Assembly: GCA_964016885.1 (NCBI GenBank)
Contig: OZ024742.1
Coordinates: 176,638,001 to 176,702,000 of the forward strand
Reading direction: 5' to 3'
Origin: Eledone cirrhosa
Taxonomy: Eukaryota
Length of the DNA: 64,000 nt
The notes beneath the pieces are model-generated. The model searched no databases. It worked only from the letters and a program-made list of their open reading frames with translations, and was not told the origin of the DNA. Each line of letters opens with the position of its first letter. Within the stretch, counting starts at the first letter, position 1. Shown here in pieces: positions 39,697-52,263 of this stretch. The translations under genes were made by a program, and so were the position numbers.

Positions 39697-39712
39697 CGAT
39701 TAATAATAATAA

Positions 39713-42667
39713 AAACAATGAGATCGTAAATGATAAAGAAATGAACGAGAGTCAACTTGCCAATTTGAAGGATGAATTATGATCGAATGGATGAAAATGA
39801 TAGAATCTGATATGGGAGAACGAGACACTCTCCCTAAGATCCAGAACTCCAAACAGAACCAAAAGATAATACACAAGACTAACATAATTATCAAAAACAT
39901 TATCATCACAAACAAACTAAACATTACTGATTCAAGTCATCTCTATTTTGCATCGGCTAAAGTCACCACTCACTTATGTGGAATGAAAATAAAAAAACAA
40001 AGGAATTCCCACAAAAAATCTACTTGGCAAGAGAACATCAATCGCCAAATAAACCTTCTCCGATCTGACAGAAATGTTTACAAACTACAAAGTAGGTGAA
40101 CATGTTAAACAAACTAAACTTAAAAATTGAAAAGAAAATACAGAATAAAATCAACAAGTTACATAGACATGCTGCTAGAAATAATCAAGCAAAAAGTGTC
40201 GGTCAAAGCTGCTTGTTTAAGGCGCTTTGAAAAACGATTTAGATTCTATAAGGACAATAATATGTTCAAAAACAACCAAAGAAACTTCTACAGAAAAGTT
40301 GGCAAGTCAACAATAACTGCTAAATCAATACGACCCGAGGAAGAAATGCAAGAATTCTTGGAAAAGATCTGGGCCGAAGAAAAAGTTCATAATATACATG
40401 CCCATGGATAGACAGACAAATGAAAGATACAGCTCAAATTGAGGAACAAATATGGGAAAATATAACAGTCGAACAGTTGCGTTTGGCTCTTAGAAAAACC
40501 AGCAAATGGAAATCCACAGGAAAAGACAACATTTTTGGATAAATGTCTTCCCAGAGACTCATGAGCTGTTAGCCAAAATTTAAAATGAAATAATTAAGGA
40601 ACCAGAAAACATACCGTCATGGCTAGTTAACGGCATTACATTCCTGCTTCCGAAGAATGATGAGACAAACAATCCCCAAAATTACAGACCGATAACTTGC
40701 TTGACCACAATGTATAACATTTTAACATTAGTCCTAACTGAATATGCATATGACCACCTGATAAAAAAATTATCTATTTCCCAATGAGAAGAAAGGGTGT
40801 AAACGAGGCTCATATGGCTGTAAGGATCAGCTTCTGGTTAACAAAATGATACTGGAAGATTGTCATAATAGACACAAAAATCTATCAATTGCTTGGATAG
40901 ATTATGACAAAGCATTTGATAGTTTGCTACACAGTTGGATTGAAAAATGTTTAGAGATTTTCAAAATATCTCCCGTTGTCAGGAGGTTCCTGTCATTCAG
41001 TGTGAAGACATGGAAAACGACACTCCTTTTGAATAGTGAAAAAAACATCACTGGAAGCTGGAGAAGTTAATAATAATTGTGGAATTTTTCAGGGTGACTC
41101 TTAATCACCGCTTTTATTCTGCATAGCACTTATACTATTAAGTAAAATGCTCAATGAAACAAAACCCTTAATCACTTGTTCTACATGGATAACCTGAAAC
41201 TATTTCGAAAAAATGCTGAACAATTTCAAGGGCTATTATCCACTGTAGAGCAGTTCAGTGATGACATTAACATGGTGTTTGGACTAGATAAATACGCCAA
41301 AGCAACGTTCCCCAGAGGAAAGCTGCTGAAAAGTTCAGACATTAATCTTGATCGGGGGAATGTGATAAGAGAAGGTGATCAAGAGGAAACTTACAAATAT
41401 CTAGGTGTTTGTGAAGGAGACGGAATCAACCACTCGACAAATGAGGGAAAGGATAGGGAAGGTAGGTACCGCAGAGTAAGAGCAATCTTAAGAACAGAAT
41501 TGAATGCAAGGAATAGGATCGCTTGCCATACCAGTAGTAACCTACAGTTACAATGCCATCAACTGGTCAAGCACAGAGATCCGTAGGCTCGATACAAAAA
41601 TTAGAAAATTCTTAACCATGCACAGAATGCATTACCCTAAGGCAGATGCAGATAGACTATATCTCCCTTGGAAAGAAGGGGACGTGGGTTAATCCAGTTA
41701 GATATTGTGTTGAAAACTGCAACAATTATCTACATATCTAAGGGAATCACATGATTGGATGATCAAACTCGCTTTGAAACACGAAAGCATCAAAAGATCA
41801 TATTCCATTACAAAATATGCACAAAGATACAGTAATGGACTATAAATTTCAGAAGTCCCACTTACTGCTGAAATGGAAGACACAGAAAAAGCAAAGCAGG
41901 TAAAAGTAACTGTAAAGAAAGAACTGCTACAGAAACTGGCTAAGAAATGGCAAGAAAAGCCTCTGTATGGAAAATACCCAGAAAGATCTAACAATCTTGA
42001 TGTTGACAAAACTTTAACCCATCAGTGGTTGGCATCCTCTGGACTGAAATCGGAGACTGAAGGACTGATTATATCAGCAAAAGATCAGTGTCTGCCAACA
42101 AAAAATTATCGATCCAACATAATAAAATTGGATGCAACCCATTATGCCGTGTATCTAAAAAAACAACCAGAGACCATTGATCATATAATTTCAATGTGCA
42201 GTCCTATAGCTCCAACCGAATACCTAAACAGGCATGACAGAGCTACACAATACATACATTGGATAATGTGTAAGCATTTTGACTTGCCCCATCAAAAGAA
42301 TTGGTTGGAATATCAACCACCTCCCATACTTGAAATAGATCACATCTCAATCTTGTGGAACTTTAGCATCCAAACAGACCGAAAAATAGATGCAAATAGA
42401 CCTGATATAATACTGAAGGACTTTAAAAAGAGGGTATGCCTGTAAAAACATTTGAAAAATTGAGCAAGTATATGGACCTGGAGATAGAAATTGGAAAAAT
42501 GTGGAAATTGAGAACTAAAACAAAACCAGTGGTTGTAGGCGCTCTATGAATGATACCTAAGGGGCCTAATGATTACTTATCGCAAATCCCATGGCGGACC
42601 TTGTCTCTTGAGGTCACTGGTTGTGACTTGGTGATAACTCGTATGAACATAAAGCAAGATAAATGCA
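39713..42667 (+). mobile_element. R4/Dong family B copy 2, 5'-truncated and degenerate
   Basis: Colinear with 27092-30284 with stops, frameshifts and deletions; TAA before and after. Confidence 0.93.
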
Positions 42668-43286
42668 ACTGTAATAAAAATAATTATACGAATAATAATA
42701 ATAATAATAATAGGAGCGGGCTGAATAACATCATGGACGCCCATAACAAAGCTCCCCACAAGATTTGAAATAAATCGAACACCATCGACAAAACAATAGT
42801 AAAAACACTAAGAAAACGAAGTGGAAACATAATGGACGAATACCAAAGAAGCCTACAAAAAATAAATGTTGTACACGGATCGTCCTTATAACGTTATGTT
42901 CTTCATTAACATAACGGACCACATGTGGAAATAAAGAAACTGAATATCAGCCGCACTACTACGCAGAAATTTAATCAAATGAAAAAGAAAAACAATATAT
43001 GTAAGTAACAAACTCTATTGATTATATTACACATACATGTATTATAAACACAACTAAAAATGTACACAAAACAAACATGCAGATATACAGACTTTCGCTC
43101 TTTGAACTTAAAGAAAAAACTATTTGAAGAAGAGAAACGGTCGCAGATCGGACGACATACGTTGCTTATTTCTAGGAGTAACTTTTGTCTAATTTGGTAT
43201 TCCCTAACACGAAAATTCGACAAATTATTTCACCACTTATCTCTATAAATATTTTTATATATTTACCCATTACAATAGCTGTTTAC

Positions 43287-43468
43287 TGGCAGTATTGGTA
43301 GAGGGTCGGACGCCATGCTTCCCAGCATAGTTACGTCCCTTTACGATCTGAGTTCAAATCCCGCCGAGGTTGACTTTGCCTTTCATCCTTACGGGGTCGA
43401 TAAAAATAAAGTACCAGTAATGTACTGGGTAATTGCTGGCCTTGTGCCTAAAGTAGAAACAATTATTT
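43287..43468 (+). mobile_element. Near full-length tRNA-derived Nin-domain SINE
   Basis: A-box tggcagtattgg, B-box gagttcaaatcc, Nin core, tail gaaacaattatt. Confidence 0.9.
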
Positions 43469-44237
43469 GAAGAAAAGAAACAGACAAAGATCGGAAAACA
43501 CACTGTTTATTTCGGGGGATAAGTTCTGTTTAATAACAAAAAAATCCGACTAATTACTATGCAATCACCTCTGTGGCTGAAGATCTGACAGATGTATATA
43601 TATTTTTAAATATTTCCCCAGTGCAATTTTCTTTTTTTTATATTTTGGTCGATTGTGGCTCAATTTCAGATTTTGAAAGGAAAATGTGTCCATTTTCCTT
43701 TCAAAATCTGAGATTTAGCCACAATCGACCAAAATGTAAAGATCACTTCTCTCACCCACCACCACATTCACAACCACTTACTCACACATTCACACCAGTA
43801 AATCCCCAATCTATTTTTAGACTACTGTCACTGACTGCTACCTACCTCCCTTTTCAGTGTCTAATGTGTGGGTATATATGTATGTGTATATACATACTTG
43901 TGTATAAGTATGCACGTGTGAATGTATATTTATGTATGTGTATGGAGTCCACATAAAGGACAAAACAAAGGGGAAGAAAAAAAGAATACTAGCACCCCAT
44001 TTACACCTCAAACTCAAAATAGACAGAAAATAACATCGGAGAAGCAAATCCTATGAACTACAATGTCACCCTACCCACTACCACTCCCAGCACCCCAGCC
44101 CTCAGCATTAATCTCCAATAACACCGCTCACACCACAAGAACAGTTGAGAAAATTCTCGTACACCTCTTACAGCTGCAACCATAACAATATCACCTCAAT
44201 CAACAACAGCAATTACCATAACTATACTGTTATAATA

Positions 44238-44424
44238 GTAATAATTGTTTCTACTTTAGGCACAAGGCCAGCAATTACCCAGTGCATTACTGGTACTTTA
44301 TTTTATCGACCCCGTAAGGATGAAAGGCAAAGTCAACCTCGGCGGGATTTGAACTCAGATCATAAAGGGACGTAACTATGCTGGAAAGCATGGCGTCAAA
44401 CCTTCTACCGATACTGCCAATCCA
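44238..44424 (-). mobile_element. Near full-length SINE copy
   Basis: Reverse complement of the 43287 copy. Confidence 0.9.
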
Positions 44425-44431
44425 TACTAAT

Positions 44432-47400
44432 AATGATCTCAGTGCCAGCCAGCAAATGCACTACCCAAAGAGCCGGGCAACTTTCCGTGTACGTCCAATA
44501 CCATGCGTAGCGCAAGTATGTAGTGCGAGATGAACAAATAAAAATTAATACACAATACCAAATCGCTTTTCCTATGGTTAATCAGGAATCGCGTCCCTCA
44601 GGAATGTGCCAACCTGAGATCGAAAAATCCTCTTCTGGCACAAACTCTTCTCCAATTATGGACCTGGATGGTCACTTGATCGGGGATTGCCCCAAGTCGA
44701 GCCCTCAAGATCTACCACCCAAACGACCTCTTAAAGAAAAACCTAAAAGGATGAAATGCACCCAGAAGAGTATAAAGAAGTAATATATGCATATTACTAT
44801 GCATTATGTAAGCCATCACAAGACAGACACACTTTAAACTGCTACAATATCTGTAAAACTCGGAATCAAGCTAACAGACGTGATATGGATGGAAATAAGT
44901 TGGCAAATGTAAGGAGGTATATCTTCAGAAATAATAGACTCACAGACACTGAACTAACTTCGATCAAGCAGGCTGTGGAGAATTACAAATATAAATGATG
45001 AAAGAACTGAAGAATCTCTTGGAAATAGTAACCAGTCAGATGTCTTTACTGAAAGACCTCCCTCTAACCAAATCACAAATAGGTTTGTAGAAATGAGAAG
45101 GCCTATTGAACCCGCTGAAAATAGCCAGGAGAGGGACTTAGAAACAGTAATTGAAAACCAAAGATCTGCTGAAGACTACATGGAGACTATGAAGGAATTA
45201 AAGCAAAAAATACTGAATGAGCTTGCAGGAGTAAGACATGCTAGTATAAATGATAGAGAACCACTTAAAAAATTCCCAAATACAATCCAAAATAGAAAAC
45301 AAATAATGATTGGTAATTCTGTGACAAAAGAAATCATAGAAGAACTAGAACCTGATCTTACTGAGTTAGATGAAATAATTTATGCACCTGCTAGAGTAAT
45401 TGAAACAAGTTGTTTACCACCAAAAAAACTAAAAAAGTCGAACCTTCGAGGTAAACCAATTTGGAGGAGTAGAATCGAGAAGAAGATTGACGTAATGGGA
45501 GGAGAAATATCTTTATTGAGTGAGTTCACCGCTGGAAATGATATAAGATCCAAGAAGGTAAGAAAGCTAAAGAGAAAATATGGACTGTCTTCTAGAGAAG
45601 CAATAGTTTCAACAAAAGAATCTCTGAAACAAAAAGTCAAAATAAAAGCCCAACGAATTCGTAGATTCGAGAGGCGAAACAACTTCTACAGGCAAAATAA
45701 GTTGTTCTCATTCAATACCAAGTCATTTTATAGAGAAGTAGGGAAGAAAAAAAAATTATTGAAGTCCATAGAAGAAGTTGAAAACTTCTGGAGTAAGATT
45801 TGGAGTGATGAGAAGGCATATAATGCTAATGTATATTGGATTAGTCGCCTGGAAAAATCATACACAAATTTAGAAGAACAGACGTGGGAAGACTTAAGGA
45901 CAGCACTCAATAAATCTCATAAATGGAAACTCCTGTTAGAGACAAGGTGCCAAATGTCTGGCTTTCCTCACTCCTGTGTACTCACAATATATTGGTCAAG
46001 CTGTTTAATGGAATCATGAAAGATCCAAAAAATACACCTGATTGGATAGCAAGTGGCATTACCTACCTTCTACCAAAGAACAACGAAACCAAAGATAAAA
46101 AAAAACTATCGGCCCATAACCTGCTTGTCCACCACTTATAAACTATTAACCTCTATTCTCTTGGAAAAAGCATACATGTTTTTGGAAGAGAACAATCTTT
46201 TCCCCATTAAACAAAAAGGGTTCTGACGAGGTTCATAGTTTGCAAAGATCAACTTTTGATTAATCGTATGATCCTTGAGAACTGTCATAATAAACACAGA
46301 AATCTCAGTTCGGCATGGATCGATTATAAAAAAGCCTTTGACAGCATACCACACTCATGGATTCTGATATCACTGGACATCTTCAAAATCTCACCTGTGA
46401 TCTGAAACTTCCTGAAACACAATATGTCATTATGGAACACAAATCTCCAATTGTCTCATTCCACTGTGGTACTGTGCTCTAGGAATATAAAAATCAACTG
46501 TGGTATATTCCAGGGTGACTCACTTTCACCCATGCTTTTCTGCATAGCCTTTATACCCCTTTATATCCGAACTTAATAGAACAGGGTACGGTTATAGAAC
46601 TGACAACAAAAGCCACCTATTTTATATGGATGATTTGAAGCTATATTGCAAAGATGATGACGAACTGGAAGGCCTTTTGCGGACAGTAAAAACGTTTAGC
46701 GATGACATCGGGATGGAGTTTGGACTTGATAAGTGTGCAAAAGCCACTTTCAAGAAGGGGAAGCTTGTCAACTCAGACTCAGTTGAATTGGATGCTGAAA
46801 CAATCATAAAGGAACTAGAGCAGGAACAAACATATAAATACTTAGGGATTAATGAGGGCTCTGGCATACAGCATGGAAGTATGAAAGAGAGGGTATGGAA
46901 AGAATATTACAGGAGAATACGTGCAGTTCTGAGATCAGAACTAAACGCTCGTAACAAGGTGCTAGTCAGAAATTCCTTGGCAGTCCCAGTTGTCACTTAT
47001 AGCTTCGGTGTTTTGAACTGGAATATGAGTGAAAGAATCGACACCAAATCCGTAAGATACTGACCTGTAATAGGAAGCACAACCCAAAAGCAGATGTGGA
47101 TCGTCTTTACCTTCCTAGAACTCAAGGAGGCCGTGGCCTGATCCAATGTGAACTGGCTCACAAGACCAGCATCATTGGACTGGCTAAATACCTTTAAACA
47201 ACTAACGACTGTATGCTGAAACTTGTTGAAAAACATGAGAGAAGTAAGAAGCTTCATTCTACATGGAAGGAGAGCAAAACATATGCTACTGATGTCATGC
47301 TTGATCCCCAGGCTTGACAGACTAAAGAAACTGTTGCAACTGATGCTGCTAGGCACATAAAATCACTGGCAAAAGCCAAAGGGCAAGGGCAATTAGCATC

Positions 47401-48405
47401 AAATTGGGAGCAGAAACATTCTGCATGGCAAATAGGTGACCCGTAGCAAACAAGCTGATGTTGACCAAAAGCACACCCATCAGTGGCTACGTAGTTCAGG
47501 GCTAAAGGCGGAGAGTGAAGGCTTCATCTTAGCTGCCCAAGATCAAAGCTTATTGACTCGTAATTACCAGGCCAATGTGATGAGAAACGGAATAAATCCA
47601 AAGTGCCGATTCTGCAACGCTGAGGTTGAAACAGTGGATCAGTTAGTCTCTGGATGTAAAATTTTAGCACCAGTAGAAACAAATATATACATGAGAGAGT
47701 TGGCCAATATCTACACTGAGTATACATATATACACATATGCATATGCATATGTAAATACAAGGAGGGATATCAATATGTCGGCATTACAAAATCAAAGCT
47801 GAAGACAAGTGGTACACTCATCACCCTGAGGCTGTAACTGAAGGAGAAAAAGTAACAATTCCCTGGGACTTTCCTGTACACACTGACAGGAACATAAAAG
47901 CAAATAGTCTGACTTCATTGTAAAAGATCAACATAAGAAGGTTTGTTTATTGATAGATATGAGCATCCCATGTGATCACAATATCGCGGCAAAAGAATTT
48001 GACAAGCTACGAAAATATAAAGATCTGCTTAGTGAAATTTAGAAAATGTGGCACCTCAAGGCCGTTACAATACCAGTGATTGTGGGAGGGCTGGGAATGA
48101 TCAAGAAAGGAACAGAACAATATTTGCGAGTGATTCCTGGTTTACCCTCTCTGCACGAGGTGCAAAAAATTGTTTTGACTGGTACTACACATGTATTGAG
48201 AAGAGCACTAACTCTGTAAGATTGATATCCCTCCTTGTATTTACATATGCATATGCATATGTGTATATATGTATACTGTTTTATTATTATTATAATCCAT
48301 GTGCTCTATTAACTGGCTTACCAATGCACATTGTGAATTTATTTGCCCTAGGTGTCAGGAAGACGCTCGGCATATATCTCAGAAACAATAATGAAAGAAA
48401 ATAAA
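44432..48405 (+). mobile_element. R4/Dong family C, near full-length and degenerate, with (TAA)n tail
   Basis: NKLANVRR N-terminus (as in family B), GIFQGDSLSP, YMDDLKL, CRFCNAEVETV, RLE remnant ending about 48219. Confidence 0.9.
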
Positions 48406-48417
48406 AATAATAATAAT

Positions 48418-48536
48418 AATAATTGTTTCTACATTTGGCACAAGGCCAGTAATTACCCGGTGTATTACTGGTACTTTATTTTATCGACCCCGTAATGATG
48501 AAAGGCAAATTTAACCTAGGCGGGATTTGAGCTCAG
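48418..48536 (-). mobile_element. SINE copy inside the (TAA)n tail of Dong C
   Basis: Family match; followed by (TAA)n at 48540-48612. Confidence 0.88.
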
Positions 48537-48539
48537 TCG

Positions 48540-48612
<73 letters not shown>

Positions 48613-48613
<1 letters not shown>

Positions 48614-49717
48614 TACCGCGTGAAGCGCATGAAGGGGAGAAATCCCATGTAACTTCACCTTCCGTAGGGAAACTACCCAACAATTAGCCTCTCGCCCGTG
48701 GGTAGCGGGCCCGGACTCGGGGAATTCTTAGGCGCCCTCCGTGCCGGCGATTGGAGCCTTGAGGCAGGGACACACCTCGGCCCCGCTTCACGCGGTAAGA
48801 CCTCACCGCAGACCGGACCATCCGTGTCCTCGTAGCCCATACGCGTATCAGCGACACGGATGTCTGCCCGGCCGCCGACCTGTTTGAGCCGTGAGAGCCC
48901 GACCGGGTTGCCCCACTCGACTCTTCGGTCTCCAACGGAGTGGTCTGGCGCAACTCCGAGCTGCCTCCACCAAACGGGCTGACACCGTACCAATGGATGA
49001 AAACAACCCGGCGCGTTGGGACAGCCGGGTCTGGCCTGGTACTGGGGCGGGCTCTCGCCGCCACCAGAGCCGCCACGCAACCCGGCTGCTTTGGCCCGCG
49101 CCAGCCCAATAAGCGGAGTTTCGGGCGGGAGCGGATCTGATATGGCCGGGCCAATAGTTGGGCGACTCCCCGACCTTAGAGAGCGCCACTTGATACAAAA
49201 ACAAAGAAACAACGCCGCTCGTACCAGCAACGACGTGTTATGAATAATTTCGGCTCGCTTGGTCACCCGGGAGGTCCTTGCGACTGTTCGGACCGCCAGG
49301 GCTAAAGCTCTCTCGCCACGTCAAGGCGGAGCCAGGAGGGAGGTCGGCGGGCTATCGCCTACCACGGCGATATGTACCAATCTCCAGCCCTCCGCCTACT
49401 AATCAAAATGCATAGGCGAATCACGCTAACCCGTGCGGGGCCGGTCGAAGGCACACGATGCCCGTCGGCCTCCCGGCCAACGTTGCGTCCTCGAACTAAT
49501 CTAAACGCATCACGGAGCCGGCGATTGCTTTAAGAGTCTAAACCGTCTGCGTCCGTAGCCTAACCTAATTATCTAGTCTAACGCACCGTTGCTCGCCCTG
49601 CGACGGGTGGTCGGGAGTTCCTAGGAGCATCCCTTCCCAAGCGTTTTTAAACTACGTTAACTACCGGGACGCCCTCGTCATCGCCCGTGACGAGGCATTT
49701 GGCTACCTTAAGAGAGT
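48613..49717 (-). mobile_element. Unclassified 1.1-kb GC-rich insert headed by the 28S rRNA R2 target sequence; possible R2-derived or rDNA-insertion retrocopy
   Basis: Sharp GC/CpG-rich island flanked by (TAA)n and ataataat; no similarity to other elements in the window. Confidence 0.55.
49688..49717 (-). rRNA. 30-nt fragment of 28S rRNA (helix 69-71, R2/I-PpoI site); not an rRNA gene
   Basis: Minus strand ACTCTCTTAAGGTAGCCAAATGCCTCGTCA is the conserved eukaryotic 28S sequence as I recall it. Confidence 0.9.
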
Positions 49718-49725
49718 ATAATAAT

Positions 49726-52196
49726 CAGAACCGCATGATCGACAACAACCAGAAGATGCTGTTTGGACAGCTTGAGGGGAAAGAAAGAGGCAACGACTTG
49801 ATCCCTGGGGCGGAGCAAACTAAAACATTCTGGAGAGGAATATGGGAGCAGGATGTTAGACACAATGCCCAGGCAGGGTGGATTGAGACAGTACAGAGGG
49901 AGATCGGTGAGCAGGCACAGCAACAGACTGATTTGAGTATCACAGTTGAAACTCTTAAGGGGCAGGCCAAAAAACTAACCAACTGGAAATCGCCAGGCCC
50001 AGATGGTGTGCAGGGGTATTGGATTAAACATTTAACATCCCCCCACCCGAAGCTGACGGCCATGTTCAATGACTGCTTGGTGTCGGGTGAGGTGCCAGAG
50101 TGGTTGACAAAAGGTACCACAGTTCTGATAATGAAAGACCGAATCAAGGGTAATGATGTTACCAACTATAGACCTATCACATGTCTGTCCGTAATGTGGA
50201 AACTGTTGACGAGCATTGTGTCTGAGGAAATCTACCATCACCTCCACACAAACAACTTGTTACCGGACGAACAGAAAGGATGCCGAAAGAAGTCACGTGG
50301 TACAAAGGACCAGTTACTTATTGATAAGATGGTAATGGGGAATTGCAGGAGGAGACACACTGATCTTGCCATGGGATGGATAGACTACAGAAAGGCATTT
50401 GACATGGTGCCTCATTCCTGGATCACCAAAAGCCTGGAGATCTTCAGGGTGGCAGATAACATCAGACAGTTGCTAGGCAGGAGTATGGGGTCCTGGGAGA
50501 CAGAGTTGACATCAACTGGAGTATCCTTGGGAAGCGTGAAGATCAAGAGAGGTATCTTCCAGGGAGATAGCCTGTCCCCTCTGTTGTTTGTCCTTGCCCT
50601 GATGCCCTTGACCATTATGCTGCGAAAAGTGAGAGCAGGATACAAGTTGGGAAGGGGAGAGCTTACCATCAATCACCTCCTCTTCATGGACGATCTTAAG
50701 CTCTTCGGGAAAAGTGAGAAGGAGTTGGATGTGCTTGTTGACACTGTCCGTATTTTCAGCAGTGATATATGTATGCAGTTTGGTATTGGTAAATGTGGAG
50801 TCATTGTGATGAAGAGGGGTAGGTTGAGCAGAAGTAACGGGATCCAGATACCAACAGGTGAGATGATAAAGGAAATTGACTCTGAGGAAGGATACAAGTA
50901 TTTGGGCGTTCTGGAGGCTGATGGCATAAAGAACAAAAAAATGAAGGAATTGTTAAGAACTGAATACATTCGGAGAGTAAGGAGCGTATTGAAGTCACAT
51001 CTGAACAGCAGAAATGCCATAAGCGCAGTAAATTCCCGAGCTGTGTCTATTATTAGGTACAGTGCGGGAATTCTGAGATGGAATGTTGCTGAACAGAAAG
51101 AAATGGATAGGAAGACTAGGAAGCTATTGACTATCTACAACATGTTCCACAAGAGGAGTGATGTCGATAGACTCTACCTAAGGAGATCTGAGGGTGGAAG
51201 AGGTCTTATCAGCATAGAGGACTGTGTTCAGATGGAGAAAAACAACCTATACAAATACGTGACCTATAGTAAGGAGCCAATGCTCAGAGCTGTACTGAAG
51301 GAGGGGACAGTAGGCCAGGGGATGTCCAGGGAGGAAATAACATCAAGGAGGAAGAGCAGCCTTAAGGGAAAACCCCTTCATAGTACCTTCTTTGAGAAAA
51401 CTGAATTTAGAGATCCACAGACATGGAACTGGTTGAGAAGAGGAGACCTCAAAAAGGCTACAGAAGGAATGCTAATGGCTGCGCAGGAGCAGGCCCTCAA
51501 AACGAAGTGGTTGAAGCACCATATCTACAAGGAGGAGGCCAGCCCACTGTGCAGGATCTGTGGAGAGAGAGAGGAGACTGTGGCTCACATTGTGTCCGAG
51601 TGTAAACACCTAGCCCAGACCCACTATAAGGGCTGGAGACACGATGTGATGGGCAGGGTGATCCACTGGCACCTGTGCAAAGTAAACAATCTACCACATT
51701 CTGAGAAATGGTATGAGCATAGGCCAGAGGCGGTGATGGAGAACAATCAGGTGAAGGTGCTGTGGGATTTTAGGATACAGACGGACAAAAAACTGGAACA
51801 CAATAGACCTGACCTGGTGGTTGTGGACAAAGAAAAAAGATCGTGCCTGATTGTGGATGTGGCCTGCCCGTTCGACACGAGAGTGCAAGAGAAGGAGGGG
51901 GAGAAAATTAACCGATACCAGGACCTAAAGTGGGAGGTTAAAAGGATTTGGAACTGCCATGAAGTCAAAGTGATCCCGATTGTCATAGGCGCACTGGGGA
52001 CTATCTCCAAAAGTTTCCAGGGATGGTTAAATAAAATCGGCCCCTTGACGCTTTTTTAACGCTTCAAAAGGCATGCTTGCTTGGAACAGCAAGAACCCTC
52101 CGATACGTCCTGAATATCTGAGGCTGCAGGTAGTGGCTTGATATTCAATCCAACGGACTTTCCAGTTAACCAACATCAATGACTGAGATTCAAGGA
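49726..52196 (+). mobile_element. R4/Dong family A copy 2, 5'-truncated and young, with (TAA)n tail at 52197-52261
   Basis: Colinear with A1 from about 22802. Confidence 0.95.
49735..52059 (+). CDS. R4/Dong RT + CCHC + RLE open frame (N-terminus missing; frameshift in the last 20 codons)
   Basis: YRPITCL, GIFQGDSLSP, FMDDLKL, CRICGEREETVAHIVSEC, NRPDLVVVD..IVDVACP. Confidence 0.9.
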   Translation: MIDNNQKMLFGQLEGKERGNDLIPGAEQTKTFWRGIWEQDVRHNAQAGWIETVQREIGEQAQQQTDLSITVETLKGQAKKLTNWKSPGPDGVQGYWIKHLTSPHPKLTAMFNDCLVSGEVPEWLTKGTTVLIMKDRIKGNDVTNYRPITCLSVMWKLLTSIVSEEIYHHLHTNNLLPDEQKGCRKKSRGTKDQLLIDKMVMGNCRRRHTDLAMGWIDYRKAFDMVPHSWITKSLEIFRVADNIRQLLGRSMGSWETELTSTGVSLGSVKIKRGIFQGDSLSPLLFVLALMPLTIMLRKVRAGYKLGRGELTINHLLFMDDLKLFGKSEKELDVLVDTVRIFSSDICMQFGIGKCGVIVMKRGRLSRSNGIQIPTGEMIKEIDSEEGYKYLGVLEADGIKNKKMKELLRTEYIRRVRSVLKSHLNSRNAISAVNSRAVSIIRYSAGILRWNVAEQKEMDRKTRKLLTIYNMFHKRSDVDRLYLRRSEGGRGLISIEDCVQMEKNNLYKYVTYSKEPMLRAVLKEGTVGQGMSREEITSRRKSSLKGKPLHSTFFEKTEFRDPQTWNWLRRGDLKKATEGMLMAAQEQALKTKWLKHHIYKEEASPLCRICGEREETVAHIVSECKHLAQTHYKGWRHDVMGRVIHWHLCKVNNLPHSEKWYEHRPEAVMENNQVKVLWDFRIQTDKKLEHNRPDLVVVDKEKRSCLIVDVACPFDTRVQEKEGEKINRYQDLKWEVKRIWNCHEVKVIPIVIGALGTISKSFQGWLNKIGPLTLF

Positions 52197-52207
52197 ATAA
52201 CAATAAC

Positions 52208-52261
<54 letters not shown>

Positions 52262-52263
<2 letters not shown>

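Noticed and set aside
48673-49266. Overlapping 118-197 aa ORFs in the GC-rich insert
   Set aside because: Expected in GC-rich DNA; no convincing domain.
48613-49717. Group I intron at L1949, or a genuine rRNA gene
   Set aside because: No U-G pair at the putative 5' splice site, no recognisable P/Q/R/S core, and the rRNA match is only 30 nt.
49687-49734. N-terminal extension MTRHLATLREY of the 790-aa ORF
   Set aside because: GTG start in antisense 28S sequence plus a TAA remnant; the in-frame fusion is most likely fortuitous.
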